NCBI GenBank assembly: GCA_019456305.1
Contig: VRUD01000012.1
Location: 3,531 to 67,530 of the forward strand
DNA length: 64,000 bases
DNA from: Cytophagales bacterium
GTDB lineage: Bacteria > Bacteroidota > Bacteroidia > Cytophagales > VRUD01
Direction: 5' to 3'
The stretch's first letter is position 1; each line of letters starts with the position of its first letter. Below are positions 32,542 to 46,500 of the stretch, piece after piece. The translations under genes were made by a program, and so were the position numbers. Below the pieces are notes generated by a model, which saw nothing but the letters and a program-made list of their open reading frames with translations, was not told where the DNA came from and did no database searches.

Positions 32542-33267
32542 ATGAAAAATCTAAAATTATCTTTACTAGCCTTAACTTGCTTTGTAAATTATTCATTTGC
32601 TCAGAATAATAAACCAGCTACTCCCACGGGTAGTACCAAAAAACCCGATATACCAGGTAATCTTATTTTTGATATCGGTTTTAATCAATGGGCCAATGTT
32701 CCTGAAGATATTGAGCTGAACATCTGGAAATCAAAGGGTTTGAACATTTATTATATGTACGAAATAGAGTTAGGTACTGAAAAGCTTACTTTTAATCCGG
32801 GTTTCGGTGTGGGATTGGACAATTATAATTTTGAAAAAGAAAACACTTTGATCTATAAAGGTATAGATACGCTGGATAATAAAATACTAATATTTTCTAA
32901 TGATACTTTCAACACTGATCGTACCTATAAAAAATCCAAATTATCAGTAAATTATATTGACATACCTATAGAATTTATGTACAGAAGTCATAAAGAAAAG
33001 AAAAAAGCATTTATGTTCGCACTGGGCGGTAAGATTGGTTTGCTTATCCAGGCACATACCAAAGTGAAATATAAGAAAGACGGTGAAACTATCAAAGAAA
33101 AATTACATAGTAATTTTTTCATAGAACCCTTCAGATATGGTGTTACCACCAGGATAGGTTATGGGGGGCTGAACCTGTTTGGTTATTACAGCCTGTCAAA
33201 AATGTTTAAGAAAGATAAAGCCCCTGAGATGACGCCATTAATGCTTGGATTTACTTTAATGATTTAG
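32542..33267 (+). CDS. outer-membrane beta-barrel protein (PorT/OmpA-beta-barrel-like)
   Basis: Signal peptide ..NYSFAQ, alternating beta-strand pattern, C-terminal ..MLGFTLMI. Confidence 0.55.
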   Translation: MKNLKLSLLALTCFVNYSFAQNNKPATPTGSTKKPDIPGNLIFDIGFNQWANVPEDIELNIWKSKGLNIYYMYEIELGTEKLTFNPGFGVGLDNYNFEKENTLIYKGIDTLDNKILIFSNDTFNTDRTYKKSKLSVNYIDIPIEFMYRSHKEKKKAFMFALGGKIGLLIQAHTKVKYKKDGETIKEKLHSNFFIEPFRYGVTTRIGYGGLNLFGYYSLSKMFKKDKAPEMTPLMLGFTLMI

Positions 33268-33341
33268 GATGGTGGAATTTCTTTGATTAGTTCTTTATTA
33301 AAAAAAGATATATAAAAGTTGGATATTATAAAATATAATAG

Positions 33342-33349
33342 TATATTTG
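33342..33349 (+). promoter_or_regulatory. candidate -7 promoter box with no ORF for about 240 nt downstream
   Basis: TATATTTG, followed by structured sequence (two hairpins at 33385-33445). Confidence 0.25.
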
Positions 33350-33586
33350 GGCTTTCAAAAGTTCATCCCTTGCTAGTCGGGATTAAGGGGGATGGAGCGA
33401 AAGGTTCCTTTCGGGACATGCTTAACGATAATTTTTGATGGGCTTTTCACAAATAATACAGTTTCTCGGAAAAAGAAAGTAATTGATGAAATTTAGTTAC
33501 TAATAAAAAGCACCAACTTTTGTCTATTAGACCATAATTTTATTACTTATTTATTTTTCACCTTTCACTTTTTAATTTTTCTTACA

Positions 33587-34114
33587 ATGAACAACACACT
33601 TGTAGAAGATACTATTTATACTTACAATGATCTGACTTTTTTACCGGACGGAAATTATGAAATTATTAATGGAAAACATATAGATATGTCACCTGCTGGC
33701 TTTTTACACGGAAATTTTGAAAGTATTTTTTCCGATTTATTACGAAAACATTTTGGGAAAAAGGGGTATGTTGCAGTAGGAGAAATTGGCATAGTGATCA
33801 GTAAAGCGCCCTTTACCCTCAGAGCTGCTGATGTAGTTTACATTAGTAAAGAGACGTATCCCCGGAAACCAGTGGGGATGCTTGAAATACCCCCTGATCT
33901 GGTTATTGAAATCATATATGAAAGCAGGAAGGGAATTGAGGAAAAGGTCAATGATTATTTATCAATAGGGGTAAAAAGAATTATTGTTACAGATATTCCA
34001 AATTCCACTGTCACAATATATCAACACGGCAATAATACGCCTGAATATTATACTTTTGAAGATGAATTTGAACTTTTTGACGGTGTAAAAATAATAATGA
34101 ATAAAATAATATAA
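33587..34114 (+). CDS. Uma2 family (DUF820) putative endonuclease
   Basis: ...YEIINGK...MSPAG..HG........L......KGYVAVGEIGI.........AADVVYISKE......PDLVIEI. Confidence 0.8.
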   Translation: MNNTLVEDTIYTYNDLTFLPDGNYEIINGKHIDMSPAGFLHGNFESIFSDLLRKHFGKKGYVAVGEIGIVISKAPFTLRAADVVYISKETYPRKPVGMLEIPPDLVIEIIYESRKGIEEKVNDYLSIGVKRIIVTDIPNSTVTIYQHGNNTPEYYTFEDEFELFDGVKIIMNKII

Positions 34115-34119
34115 TTATT

Positions 34120-34527
34120 ATGATATTTCGAACAACTATATACAGCAGCTCTTATAAATTCTTGAAGATATTGCTGATGATGATCCTATTTTCTTCTACC
34201 TGTTTTTTCTCCTCTCTCCTTTGGAGAGGGACCGGGGGTCAGGCTTTTGCCCAGGTATCAAATGAAAAAAAAACAGTAGTAAAACAGTCTGTAAATCAAT
34301 TATCCAAAGAGCTTGAAGGAACCTGGCAAATACAGGTGATCAATTCCCGGAAAATGCCTGCTATACCTATCCAGGTTGTTGAAACAATTGAACAAAGAAG
34401 ATTGGATAATGATACTTCTTATTATTATTTAGATCCCGATATTAGGATAATGATATTACCAAGAAAGGTCATTTCAAATAAAAACTTTCAAAAGTTAGAA
34501 AAAATTACCTATATTAGCATAGATTAG
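34120..34527 (+). CDS. hypothetical secreted protein
   Basis: 135-aa ORF 5 nt after Uma2 and 21 nt before the adhesin gene. The signal region contains a repeat-family hairpin (34211-34243, ..SSLLWRGTGGQAFA). Confidence 0.5.
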   Translation: MIFRTTIYSSSYKFLKILLMMILFSSTCFFSSLLWRGTGGQAFAQVSNEKKTVVKQSVNQLSKELEGTWQIQVINSRKMPAIPIQVVETIEQRRLDNDTSYYYLDPDIRIMILPRKVISNKNFQKLEKITYISID

Positions 34528-34548
34528 GATAATTTTCAACAGACAATT

Positions 34549-37500
34549 ATGAATTTAAAAACCTTCATTGTCTTATTCGTATTTTACAACTGGTTTACCG
34601 GTAATTTATTCGCCCAATCAAATGATTGTGCAACTGCCACACCAATAGACCTTTCTACCGGTTCTGCTTGCGTTACAGGAACTACTGTTGGCGCTACCAG
34701 TGATAATATTTTATACGGGGGTTGTAATACTTCAGCAGTTAACGAAGTTTGGTATACTTTTGTAACTAATGGAACGGTTAATGATTTTACAGTCACTCCC
34801 GCAACTTTAACTAACTCGATGATCGTAGTAGACGGTACCGGGTGTATTGATGGTGTATTTCAAACTTGTGCAGCAGTTATGGGAAGCAGTACAGTAACTG
34901 ATTCCTGGAGCTTCCCTCCGGGTACACAGGTTTGGATAGCTGTAGCAAGTAATCAAGGTACGGAAGGGATTTTTGACCTATGCATCACCTCATCAACTCC
35001 CCCACCTGCTCCAGGAAAAACCTGTGCTACAGCTACGCTGATTTGTGATAAAACTCCTTTTAGTCTCACAAGCACGCCTATGGGTTCAAGTGGCCTACAA
35101 CCTTCATGTTTTTTAAATGCTGTTCAACAGGATGTCTGGTATCAGTTTACCGTTGGTCAAACCGGTACTTTGGAATGGCTCGCTACACTTGTTGGTGGTC
35201 AGGCTGAATATGACTGGGCAATTTTTGATATTACTATGGGCTGCCCCGGTATTGAAGTTTCCTGCAACTATAATTTTGCAACTGGCAACAGCGGGAGTGT
35301 AGGAATGCAGTCAGGTGTCATGGGCTGCCCCCCGGCTATGGGTTCACCGTCAATTAAGGAAAAATGTCAACCCATCACAGTTACTGCAGGAAATACATAC
35401 GTGATCTTAATTGACAACTGGTCTGCAAATGGCGTAGGCTTTGACTTCACCTGGGGCGGAACTTTTGAAATGGCGCCCACTTCCGCTTTAATAGTTTCAC
35501 CTGATACAGGATGCGGCTCAGTTACGGCATGCTTTACGAATAACAGTGTTGGTGCAACGAGCTATGACTGGAATTTTGGTGACGGCTCTATGAATTCTAC
35601 TGCCTTTACTCCGCCTTGTCATACCTATTCTACACCGGGAACGTACTTAATTTCCTTAACCACTACCTCAGCTTCGGGTTGTACAGACGTCTCTTCTGCG
35701 TCCGTACAGGTATTCCAGGGGCCTACTTCCATTTTTACTGCTTCCCCATCACCAATCTGTATAGGCGATACCGCTATCATCACCTATGCCGGCAACGCAA
35801 CACCAGGGGCAACCTATACATGGAATTTTGCTGGCGGTACCATTATCACCGGTACAGGACAAGGGCCTTATGCAATTGGTTGGTCCACATCAGGAGTAAA
35901 AAATATTACGCTGCAGGTTACAGAAAACGGGTGTCTATCTACAATTACCACTATTTCAATAACCGTAACGCCCGCACCAACCTCAACGTTTACCGCTACA
36001 ACGCCACTTTGTTTTGGTGATTCCTCTGTGGTCACTTATACCGGCACAGCGGGTGTTGGCGCTGCGTATAACTGGGACTTTGACGGAGGGATTATCCTCT
36101 CAGGAACCGGACAGGGGCCCTATCAAATTAGTTGGTCTACTTCGGGTATAAAAAATATTACCCTTTATGTTATTGAGAATGGGTGTTCTTCTGATACTAC
36201 TACAATATCGGTTACAACACCGGCTCCCCTTACCCTAACGCTTTCTAAAACTGATGTAACCTGCTTTGGCGCCTGTAATGGCACTGCTTCTGCTTCAGCA
36301 GTTACCGGGGGTACCTCCCCCTATACATATCTTTGGGATGATCCATTATCACAAACTACAGTTACTGCTACAGGTTTATGTGCAGGAACCTATGCCGTTA
36401 CAGTAACCGATGCTAATGGATGTACAATTACCTGTGGCGGCTTTTTATTAACTTGTTTTGAAATTACAAGCATTTTGGTTGATGTATGCACAGCAGGTAA
36501 CGAAGGAGAACAGGAAATGTTTGCATTTCAGGTTGGGAGCAGTTCATTGAATACTGCTGATATGAGCGTTGTCTGGCCCAATAATTCCTGGAAGGGTGTA
36601 TGTACTGACCCGGTCTTTGTGGCTGATGCAAACAGCACCATTACCGGTGGCGGGTACCTGGTAGAACCACCGGGCGGTATCATACCTGCCGGTGCTTCGG
36701 TAATTATGGTTACAAGCACGGCCTTTAATACTTCTTTTGCCAGCTTTGTGGATCTCAGCGATACGGTTTATATCATATTCCAGTGTGCAGGCAGTCTGAC
36801 TGGCCATTTTGCCAACTATTCAGCAGGAGGCGGAACCAGAACATTAACCGTTACTTTTGCCGGCTGTGGCGCTGATATTGTTTCTTATGAAAGGGATTTG
36901 CTTAGTTCATCAAATGGAGCAGCCGTTAACTATGATTTTGCAGGAAATCCTACTTATTTCAACAACGGTTGTACCGCACCTTTTGATAACTTTGCTGCAA
37001 CACTTTGCGTTATCGTTTCTGAACCAGCTCCAATATCCTTATCCACCACTACATCCCCCACCACCTGTGCCGGTGACTGTGACGGATCTGCTACGGTAGT
37101 TGTTGATTCAGGCGGTACGCCCGGTTTTACTTATTCATGGAATGATCTTGGTTCACAGACTACTGCTACTGCCACAGGACTATGTGCCGGTATTTTTACA
37201 GTGGTGGTTACAGATGCCAATGGATGCACGGCAACTGCAACTGACACAGTGAATGATGGCCCGCTTGCTTTAGCCGGATTTACCTACAATGGAAATCAAT
37301 GTTTAACCGGCAACAACTTTATTTTTACGAATACGGGAACGCCTCCTGGACCTGGGATAAGCTATACCTGGAGTTTTGGAGATATGGGTACAAACACATT
37401 AGAAAATCCCACCCATACTTATGCTGATACCGGAAGCTATACCGTTATACAAACAGTGACCAATGGAGTTTGTTCTGCTGTTTTCTCAATAGTCATAACG

Positions 37501-40500
37501 GTTTTTCCTGAACCAACAGCTTCTATTGCCGGAACCAATGTTACCTGTAATGGAGTTTGTAACGGTGCAGCAGACCTTACAGTTACAGGAGGAACAGGGC
37601 CATATACCTGGCTGTGGAGCCCTGGTGGAGAAATTACCGAAGATCTGATAGGATTATGTCCCGGAACTTATGATGTCACCGTTACTGATGTGAATGGCTG
37701 CCAGGACAGCGCTGTAATTGTGATTACAGAACCGCCTTTATTATCCTTGTTAATTTCAAAAACCGACCTTATCTGCAATGCCGTATGTAACGGAACGGCT
37801 GACCTAACCGTTACAGGAGGTACTACACCTTATACATATTTGTGGTCGCATGGTCCAACAACCCAGGATGTAACCGGGCTTTGTGCCGGTACCTACCAGG
37901 TTGTTGTTACCGATTCGAATGGCTGCCAGGATTCTATTTCTGTAGTAATTACGGAGCCCACAGCATTATCACTATCCGTTTCCGGAACCAACCTTATTTG
38001 TAATGGCATGTGTGATGGTGCAGCAGATCTCACTGTTATAGGCGGTACTACCCCTTATACTTATGCGTGGTCGCATGGCCCTGCAACCCAAGATGTAACG
38101 AGTCTTTGTGCAGGTACTTACGAGGTGATTGTAACTGATTCCAATAGCTGTCAGGATTCCATTGATGTTATTATAACTGAACCTCCCCTTCTCACAGTTG
38201 CTGCTACAAGCACCGATCTGCTTTGTAATGGAGTATGTGATGGCACTGCTTCTGCTGCCGTTTCGGGTGGAACAAGTCCCTACACCTACCAATGGGATGA
38301 TCCTGCAGGTCAAACTACCGCAATTGCTGATAGCCTGTGTGCAGGAACATACCAGGTAGTGGTTACCGATACCAATGGCTGCCAGGATTCTGCAACTGTT
38401 ATTATCAACCAACCTCCTGTTTTAAGTACACTCATTATTGGCGACAGTCTAAATTGTAATGGTGTGTGCGATGGTGCGGCAGATCTGACCGTTGTCGGTG
38501 GAACGCCACCCTATACCTATTTATGGTCAAACCTTGAAACTACCCAGGATATATCCGGTTTATGTGCAGGTCTGCATACTGTTGATGTTTTTGATGTGAA
38601 TGGGTGCAATATGTTTGATGCTATAGTCATCGGTGAACCTCCTTTGCTAACGGCAAGCATTGTTGATTCAAATGTCAGTTGTAATGGAGTTTGTGATGGC
38701 GCTGCAGATGTGACCGTTTCAGGCGGCATACCCTCGTATTCCCACTCCTGGTCAAACCTTCAAACCACCGAAGATATAACGGCTTTATGTGCCGGTACTT
38801 ATGCTGATACCATAAGGGATGCCAATGGATGTACGGTGATCGTAAGTACAGTGATCAGCGAACCTACAGCACTTGCAACCTTAATAGCAGGTACGGATAT
38901 TACTTGTAATGGTGTCTGTGACGGTGCTGCCGACTTAACCGTTACCGGTGGTACTACACCCTATACCTTTTCGTGGTCAAATGGACCTACAACTGAAGAT
39001 ATTTCGGTGTTGTGTGCCGACACATTTAATCTTGCCGTCACAGATTCCAACGGATGTACCATTTCAGATTTGGTGATCATAAATGAGCCTCCGGTTCTTT
39101 TAACAACCATTTCCGGAACAAATGTCACTTGTAATGGAGCTTGTAACGGATCGGCAGACCTTACTGTTACCGGAGGCACACCCGGCTATTCTTATTTGTG
39201 GAGCCCCGGTGGAGAAACTTCGCAAGACCTGATGGGAGGCTTGTGTCTCGGTACCTATGATGTAACCGTTACCGATTTGAATGGCTGCCAGGATAGCGCC
39301 ACAGTGATCATTACCGAACCTTTGGTTCTTTCAACTGCCGTTGCCGGAACTAATGTTAGTTGTAATGGATTTTGTAATGGATCGGCAGACCTGACCGTTA
39401 CAGGCGGCACACTGCCTTATTTGTTCTTATGGTCAAACCTTCAAACCACAGAAGATATTTCCGGCTTGTGTGCGGATACGTTTAGCGTTACGGTTACCGA
39501 TTCCAATCTATGTACAGGTTCAGAAACTGTTATTATCACGGAACCCCCTCTGCTGACGGCTAATGTAGTTGGTACCAATATTAGCTGCAACAGCGTCTGT
39601 GACGGATCAGCAGACCTTACCGTTTCAGGGGGTACGCTGCCTTATTCCTATCTATGGTCCAATACTGATACTACAGAAGATATATCCGGTTTATGTCCGG
39701 GAACTTATAGCGTAACGGTCACGGATTCTAATGGATGTACAGCTTCAGACAGTGCAATTGTTATTGAGCCAACCCCTATTGCGCTTACCGTTTCAGGCAC
39801 GGATGTAACCTGCAATGGCGCCTGTGACGGACAAGCAAGCGCCAGCGTCTCTGGCGGAACTACCCCTTATACTTACCAATGGAATGATCCATTTTTACAA
39901 ACCACACCAACTGCTGATAGCTTGTGCGCAGGTACTTACCAGGCGCTCATAACCGATGCAAACGGCTGCCAGGATTCTGCAACCGCTGCCATCATTGAGC
40001 CTCCGGTATTAACTGCTTCTACCGCAGGAAATGATGCAAGCTGTAATGGCGTATGTGACGGTGATGCTACTGTAACTCCTTCAGGTGGTACATCACCCTA
40101 TACCTATCAATGGGATGATCCCTCATTCCAGATAAACGACACGGCAACCGGTTTATGTGCGGATACAGTCAACGTAACAGTGACAGATTCCAACGGATGT
40201 ACTTTTGATACAAGCTATACGGTAAATGAACCAGCTGCCATGACGCTAACCCCCGGTAGCGTAGATGCCACCTGCGGGATAGCAAATGGAGAGGCATCAG
40301 TGTTCGTTTCAGGCGGTACGAGCCCTTATACCTATTTGTGGTCACCGGGTAGTCAAACTACCGATACGATTACAGGACTATCTGCAGGCGCCTATACGGT
40401 TGTGGTTACAGACGCAAATCTTTGCAGTGATTCAATAACCATATCCGTAAACGATGCCGGAGCTCCCACTGCCAGTATAGTAGATAGTATAAATGTTAGT

Positions 40501-43500
40501 TGTAATGGAGGCAATGATGGCAGCGCTACAGCGACAGGTTCTGGTGGTGTGAGACCCTTCACCTGGTCTTGGTCACCTCCTGCTGTAAGTACTGATTCAT
40601 TTGCTACAGGTTTACAAGCCGGAACTTACACAATAACCATCACTGATGATTTAGTATGCGTAGCCACAGCAACAGTAACCATATCAGAACCACTTGTCCT
40701 GATAGCTTCCATTACTTCAAATGTGCCGGTGGCTTGTAATGGTGATAGTACAGGCAGCGCTACAGTTTCTGTTTCCGGTGGTACACCGGGTTATACCTAT
40801 TCCTGGTCGCCTTACGGTGGAACGGGATCCATTGCCGTAAACTTGATTGCAGGAACTTATACGGTTACCGTTACCGATACAAACGGATGTGATACAACCG
40901 CCTCTGTTACCATCAGCGAACCTCCCCCTCTTACAACAGCTATTACAGATACAAGTGTAAGCTGTAACGGTACCTGTGACGGTGCAGCCGATCTGACCGT
41001 TACCGGAGGAACTTTTCCTTATATATTTTCATGGTCCAATACAGCTACTACTGAAGATATAGCCGGTTTATGCGCTGATACTTTTTATATTTTGGTTACC
41101 GATCTTAATTTATGTACTATATCAGACAGCGTGATCATCACTGAACCTGATTCACTTATTGCCGGCATAGCCGGTACGAATGTGAGTTGTAAAGACTCTT
41201 GTAATGGTGCAGCAGATCTAACGGTTTCAGGAGGCACACTTCCCTATTCCTGGTTATGGTCAACTTCAGATATAATTGAAGACCTGGCCGGCTTATGTGC
41301 AGCTACTTATAGTGTTACTGTTACGGATTCCAACGGATGCACCGTTTCGGAAAGCATCATTATCAGTGAACCTGGCGTACTTGCCACCGGCATTACAGAC
41401 ACGAATGTGAGTTGTTTCGGAGCTTGTGACGGGTCAGCAGATCTGACAGTGGCAGGCGGCACCTCGCCTTATACATACCTCTGGTCAAACGGATTTACAA
41501 CCCAGGATATTTCAGCATTGTGCCCTGATACTTTTATCGTAACCGTTACCGATACCAATTTATGTACAATATCAGATACTGCGATCATTACACAACCTAA
41601 CGTACTTACCGCAGCCATAGCCGGAACAAATGTAAGTTGTAACTTAGCTTGTGACGGTACAGCAATCCTGACTGTAACGGGTGGCACACTGCCAACTACT
41701 TTTTTATGGTCAAACGGAGCAGGAACGAAGGATGTTTTTAGCTTATGTGCCGATACTTACAACGTTACGGTTACCGATGCCAATGGTTGTACTGCTGCGG
41801 ATACGGTGATCATCTCTGAACCTTTAGCGCTTACTGCATCCATAGCAGGAACAAATGTAAGCTGTAACAGCGCCTGTGATGGTGTGGCTGACCTGACCGT
41901 TACAGGTGGTACAGCGCCTTATGATTACCTGTGGTCAAACCTTGCTACCATAGAAGACATATCCGGCTTATGTGCTGATACCTACAACGTTACCGTTACC
42001 GATACGAATGGATGTACAGCTTCAGATACTGTGATCATTACTGAACCATTGGCGCTAACCGCAGCCATAGCCGGAACAAATGTAAGTTGTAACGGAGATT
42101 GTAATGGTGCAGCAGACCTAACCGTTGCAGGCGGTATTTTACCCTATTCTTATTCATGGACAAGTGGAGATAGTATTGAAGATCTAATAAACTTATGTGC
42201 AAACGTTTATGATGTTACCGTTACCGATAGCAACGGATGCACGGTTATCACCGGCATTGTAATTAGTGAACCTGCTGCGCTTACTTCCAACATTGCAGGA
42301 ACAGATCTTAGTTGTAATGGCGCCTGTGACGGAGCAGCGGATCTAAGCGTAATAGGCGGCGTCATTCCATACACTTATTCCTGGTCAAGTGGAGATTCTA
42401 CAGAAGACCTGACCAATATTTGCGCTGACACTTTTATTGTTACTGTTACAGATTCCATTGGATGTACATTATCTGATACCATCATCATTACCGAACCTGC
42501 AATACTCATAGCAACCGATTCAGCTACGAATGCCAGTTGTAACGGAGGTTCTGACGGGGCAATTGATCTTACTGTTACCGGTGGTACGCTTACCTATACC
42601 TATGTATGGTGCCACGGGCCCACGAGCGAAGATGTAACCAACCTGATTGCCGGCAATTATTGTGTTACTGTGACAGATGGTAATGGGTGTACAGCTACAG
42701 ATAGTGTAACCATCAGCGAACCCGATTCGTTAGTATTGACAACCTCAACGATTGACGCAAATTGCGGTCAGAATGACGGACAAGCTTCTGTGATCGTTAC
42801 AGGCGGTGTTGTTCCATATTCTTACTCATGGAATACCTTTCCTGTGCAAGCAAATGATACTGCTTTTAACTTGCTATCAGGAATTTATACAGTTACGGTT
42901 ACTGATTCCAATATTTGTACACAAACAGCCACTGTAACAATTAGTGATTTAGGTGGCGGTACGCCAACAATTACCTTGAATAAGAATGAAACCTGTTTTA
43001 ATTTTCCTTGTGATGGGTCAGCCACTGTTACAATGACAGGGGGTACGCCTGGTTTTACTTATTTATGGGACAATTCAGATCCTGATTCTACTGCAACAAC
43101 GTTATGTGCAGACACACATACAGTAACGGTGACTGATGCAGTGGGCTGTGTTTCTATTGCACAGGTGGTCATTACTAAACCAGATGCAATAAATATTAAC
43201 ATTTCTTCCTCTGGCGCTCTTTGTAATGGCGATAGTTCCGGTGTGGCAACAGCCACAGTTACAGGAGGCACGCCAGGATATACATATTCATGGACGTCTT
43301 ACGGAGGGAATGATTCAATTGCCGACAGCTTGATTACCGGGGTTTATACGCTTGTTGTTTTGGATGCTGCCGGATGTTTTGCTGCGGGCGCTACAGTCAT
43401 TGGTGAACCGCCTCCTTTAACTGCAACGGTTACAGTCACGAATGCTTCCTGTAATGGCTACTGTGATGGTTTAGCCACGGTAACACCCTTAGGAGGCACA

Positions 43501-46500
43501 TTTCCTCCTTATTTCTATTTATGGTCAGATGGTCAGGATACTTCTACTGCTGTCGGCTTATGCGCAGCTACTTATTGTGTAACAGTTACAGACGCGAACA
43601 ATTGTACATGGGATACCTGTGTTACTGTGAATGAGCCGCCTGCTATTGTGCTTACAACCGGCACAATAGATGCTACCTGTGACAGCAGCAATGGAGCAGC
43701 TTTTGTAAATATTGTTTCAGGGGGCATAGCTCCTTTCACATACCAGTGGAATGATGGGGGCTCACAAATAACTGATACTGCTACCGGTTTACCTTCAGGA
43801 ACCTATACTGTGGTTGTTACAGATTCAACCGGCTGCCTGAATTCTGCTACTGTCGTAGTTATAGATGTAGGGTCTCCAACGGCTGCGATTATTTCAAGCG
43901 GGGATGCAAGCTGTTTTGGTTTATGTGACGGGTTTGCTGTTGTGAGTGCAGCAGGCGGGACTTCTCCATATACCTATTTATGGGATGACTCTAATTCAAC
44001 CACCGGTGCGTCAACAGGGAATATTTTATGTGCCGGGTTTTATTCTGCTACTGTAGCGGATGTAAATGGCTGCAAAGCTTTTGATACGATCACGATCAGT
44101 GAGCCGGATTCTTTAATTGCTGCCTTTACTACGGTAGATGAGGGCTGCTACAATGCCTGTGACGGGCAAGCCACGGTAAGTGTAATCGGGGGGACAGCGC
44201 CTTTCAGCTATCTATGGATCAATGATCCTCTATTCCAGACCACTCCAACGGCAGACAGCTTATGTGGCGGCACCTATACGGTTCAAATTACTGATAGTAA
44301 TGGCTGTATCTCTGCTGCTGATGTTACAGTTGCTGCTGCCCCCTTACTTGATATAGCGCCAATAATCACTACCGATGCTACTTGTGATTCTGCCAATGGT
44401 ACTGCATCTGCTACTGTGATCGGTGGCGTTTTTCCTTATACTTATTTATGGGTAAATGGCAGTGGAGATACAGTATCCACTTCATCAATTGCTACGGGGC
44501 TGCCAGGAGGCGTATATACAATAACCGTTACAGATGCTACCGGATGTGATACTTCAGCGATTGCCAATGTGAATGACGAACCCATACCTACACTTTCACT
44601 AAATTCTATTGTTGATCTTACCTGTTTTGGAGATAGTAGCGGTTCAATAACGGTTTCCATAGCATCCGGAGGCGCTCCGCCTTTTAGCTTTAGCTGGGAT
44701 AATGGAGATACAACAGCTACCGCTAACAATCTTACAGCAGGAACTCATATTGTTGTAGTAACAGATTCAAACGGCTGTATTGCATCTGCAGACACCACCC
44801 TTACAGAACCATCTCCTATTAACGCTGCCATTTCATCCCAAACTCCACCTACTTGTCCCGGAGCTTGTAATGGACTGGCTACGGTCAGTTCATCTGGCGG
44901 AACTACTCCATACACCTACCAATGGGATGATCCTTTAGCACAGACAACCGTAACTGCTGTTGGCTTATGTGCAGACACCCATATTGTATATGTATCAGAT
45001 GCAAATGGCTGTCCGGGAGATAGCAGCACGGTAATACTTGTTGATCCGGATACCATTGTAATAACGCCTGTTTTAATTCAAAACATAAGTTGTAGTGGGT
45101 TTTGTGATGGGGTAATTACAGTTACCGTTTCAGGCGGTACTCCAAGCTATATTTCTTATTGGCCTGCTACAAATGATTCTGCACTTACTGCAACCAACTT
45201 GTGCCCTGGTACCTATACCGTATTGGTTACAGATGACAATAACTGCCTGGAATCTGATACTTTTTCAATCAGTCAACCACCTACCCTTGTGTTATCATTG
45301 GATACTTCATTGGCTGATACCTGCGGCAGGTCCAGTGGCATAGCTATGGTCAATACAAGCGGTGGAGCTTCTCCTTATTCTTATTCATGGAACACATTTC
45401 CGGTTCAAACCAATGATACTGCTACCGGTTTAGCAACCGGGACCTATACCGTAACGGTAACAGATACGAACGGATGTATGGACAGCATAAACGTAGTTGT
45501 TGATAATATTCCGGGCCCTGCTATTGACACTTTGCTCATTTTACAGCAAATAATTTGTACAGGCGATAGCAATGGAATCGTTACAGTTACCGTAAAGGAA
45601 GGCGCACCACCCTATACCTATAGCTGGTCACCAATAGCAGGGAGCGCTGATACTGTTTATGGTTTATATGGCGCTCAATGGTATGCGGTTACGGTTACAG
45701 ATAATAATGGTTGCTTCACTGAGGATAGTATTTTGGTTCCCGAACCTGCTGCTTTAACTGCTAACATCACTAATTCTCCTGAAAGCTGCACCTTTGCCTG
45801 TAATGGTACTGCCATGGTTTCTATTTTAGGCGGAATACCTCCTTACACCTATCAGTGGAAGGATTCGCTTGGAATAATAATACCTGGAGAAACAAATTCA
45901 ATTGTCACAAGCCTATGTGCCGGAACTTATGGTGTAACTGTGACAGATAGTATAGGATGTGTGACCAATTCAAGCGTTTCAATCTCATCGTCCGTTTTTT
46001 CTTCCGGTACAACTATTACCGATGTAAGCTGTAAAGGATTATGTGATGGCAGTGTTACGATATCTCCCAGTGGAGGAGGTAATGGCCCTTATCTTTACTT
46101 TTTTGACAGGGATAGTTTTGCTATCGCTTTAGCTGATACTACTGTGGTTGGTTTATGCCCGGGATCTTATCAATATTCTATATTAGATACTATCCTGGGC
46201 TGTTTTACAGAAGATTCAATAGCAATTACCGAGCCTGCTTCATTGTTTGCAACAAAAAAGCGTACACCTGAAATTTGTACCAATAGCCAAGGTACTGCAT
46301 CAATATTGCCAACAGGGGGAACTCTTCCCTATACATACAACTGGACAAGTGGCGATACTACCCAAACAGCAACGGGCTTAACTGAAGGAATTGATACTGT
46401 AACAGTAACCGATAATAACGGATGTACCATTTTAGATACGGTAATGATCAGTAGAATTTACGATACCCTGATAACAACAATTGATACTTTATCAGAAAGC

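Noticed and set aside
33380-33470. Possible riboswitch (fluoride-like GGGGAUGGAG...UGAUGGGC) or sRNA in the 320-nt spacer upstream of Uma2
   Set aside because: The required P1 and pseudoknot complementarity of the crcB motif is not present, and the downstream gene is unrelated to fluoride. Only two generic hairpins and a candidate promoter box remain, so no RNA gene is called.
38517-43271. Periodic antisense ORFs inside the adhesin gene (38517-38729, 38961-39179, 41469-41687, 43059-43271; all begin MPPVTV...)
   Set aside because: They are the reverse-strand shadow of the SprB repeat (..VTVTGG..). They recur only because the sense repeat recurs, and they lie wholly inside a 12.4-kb uninterrupted sense ORF.
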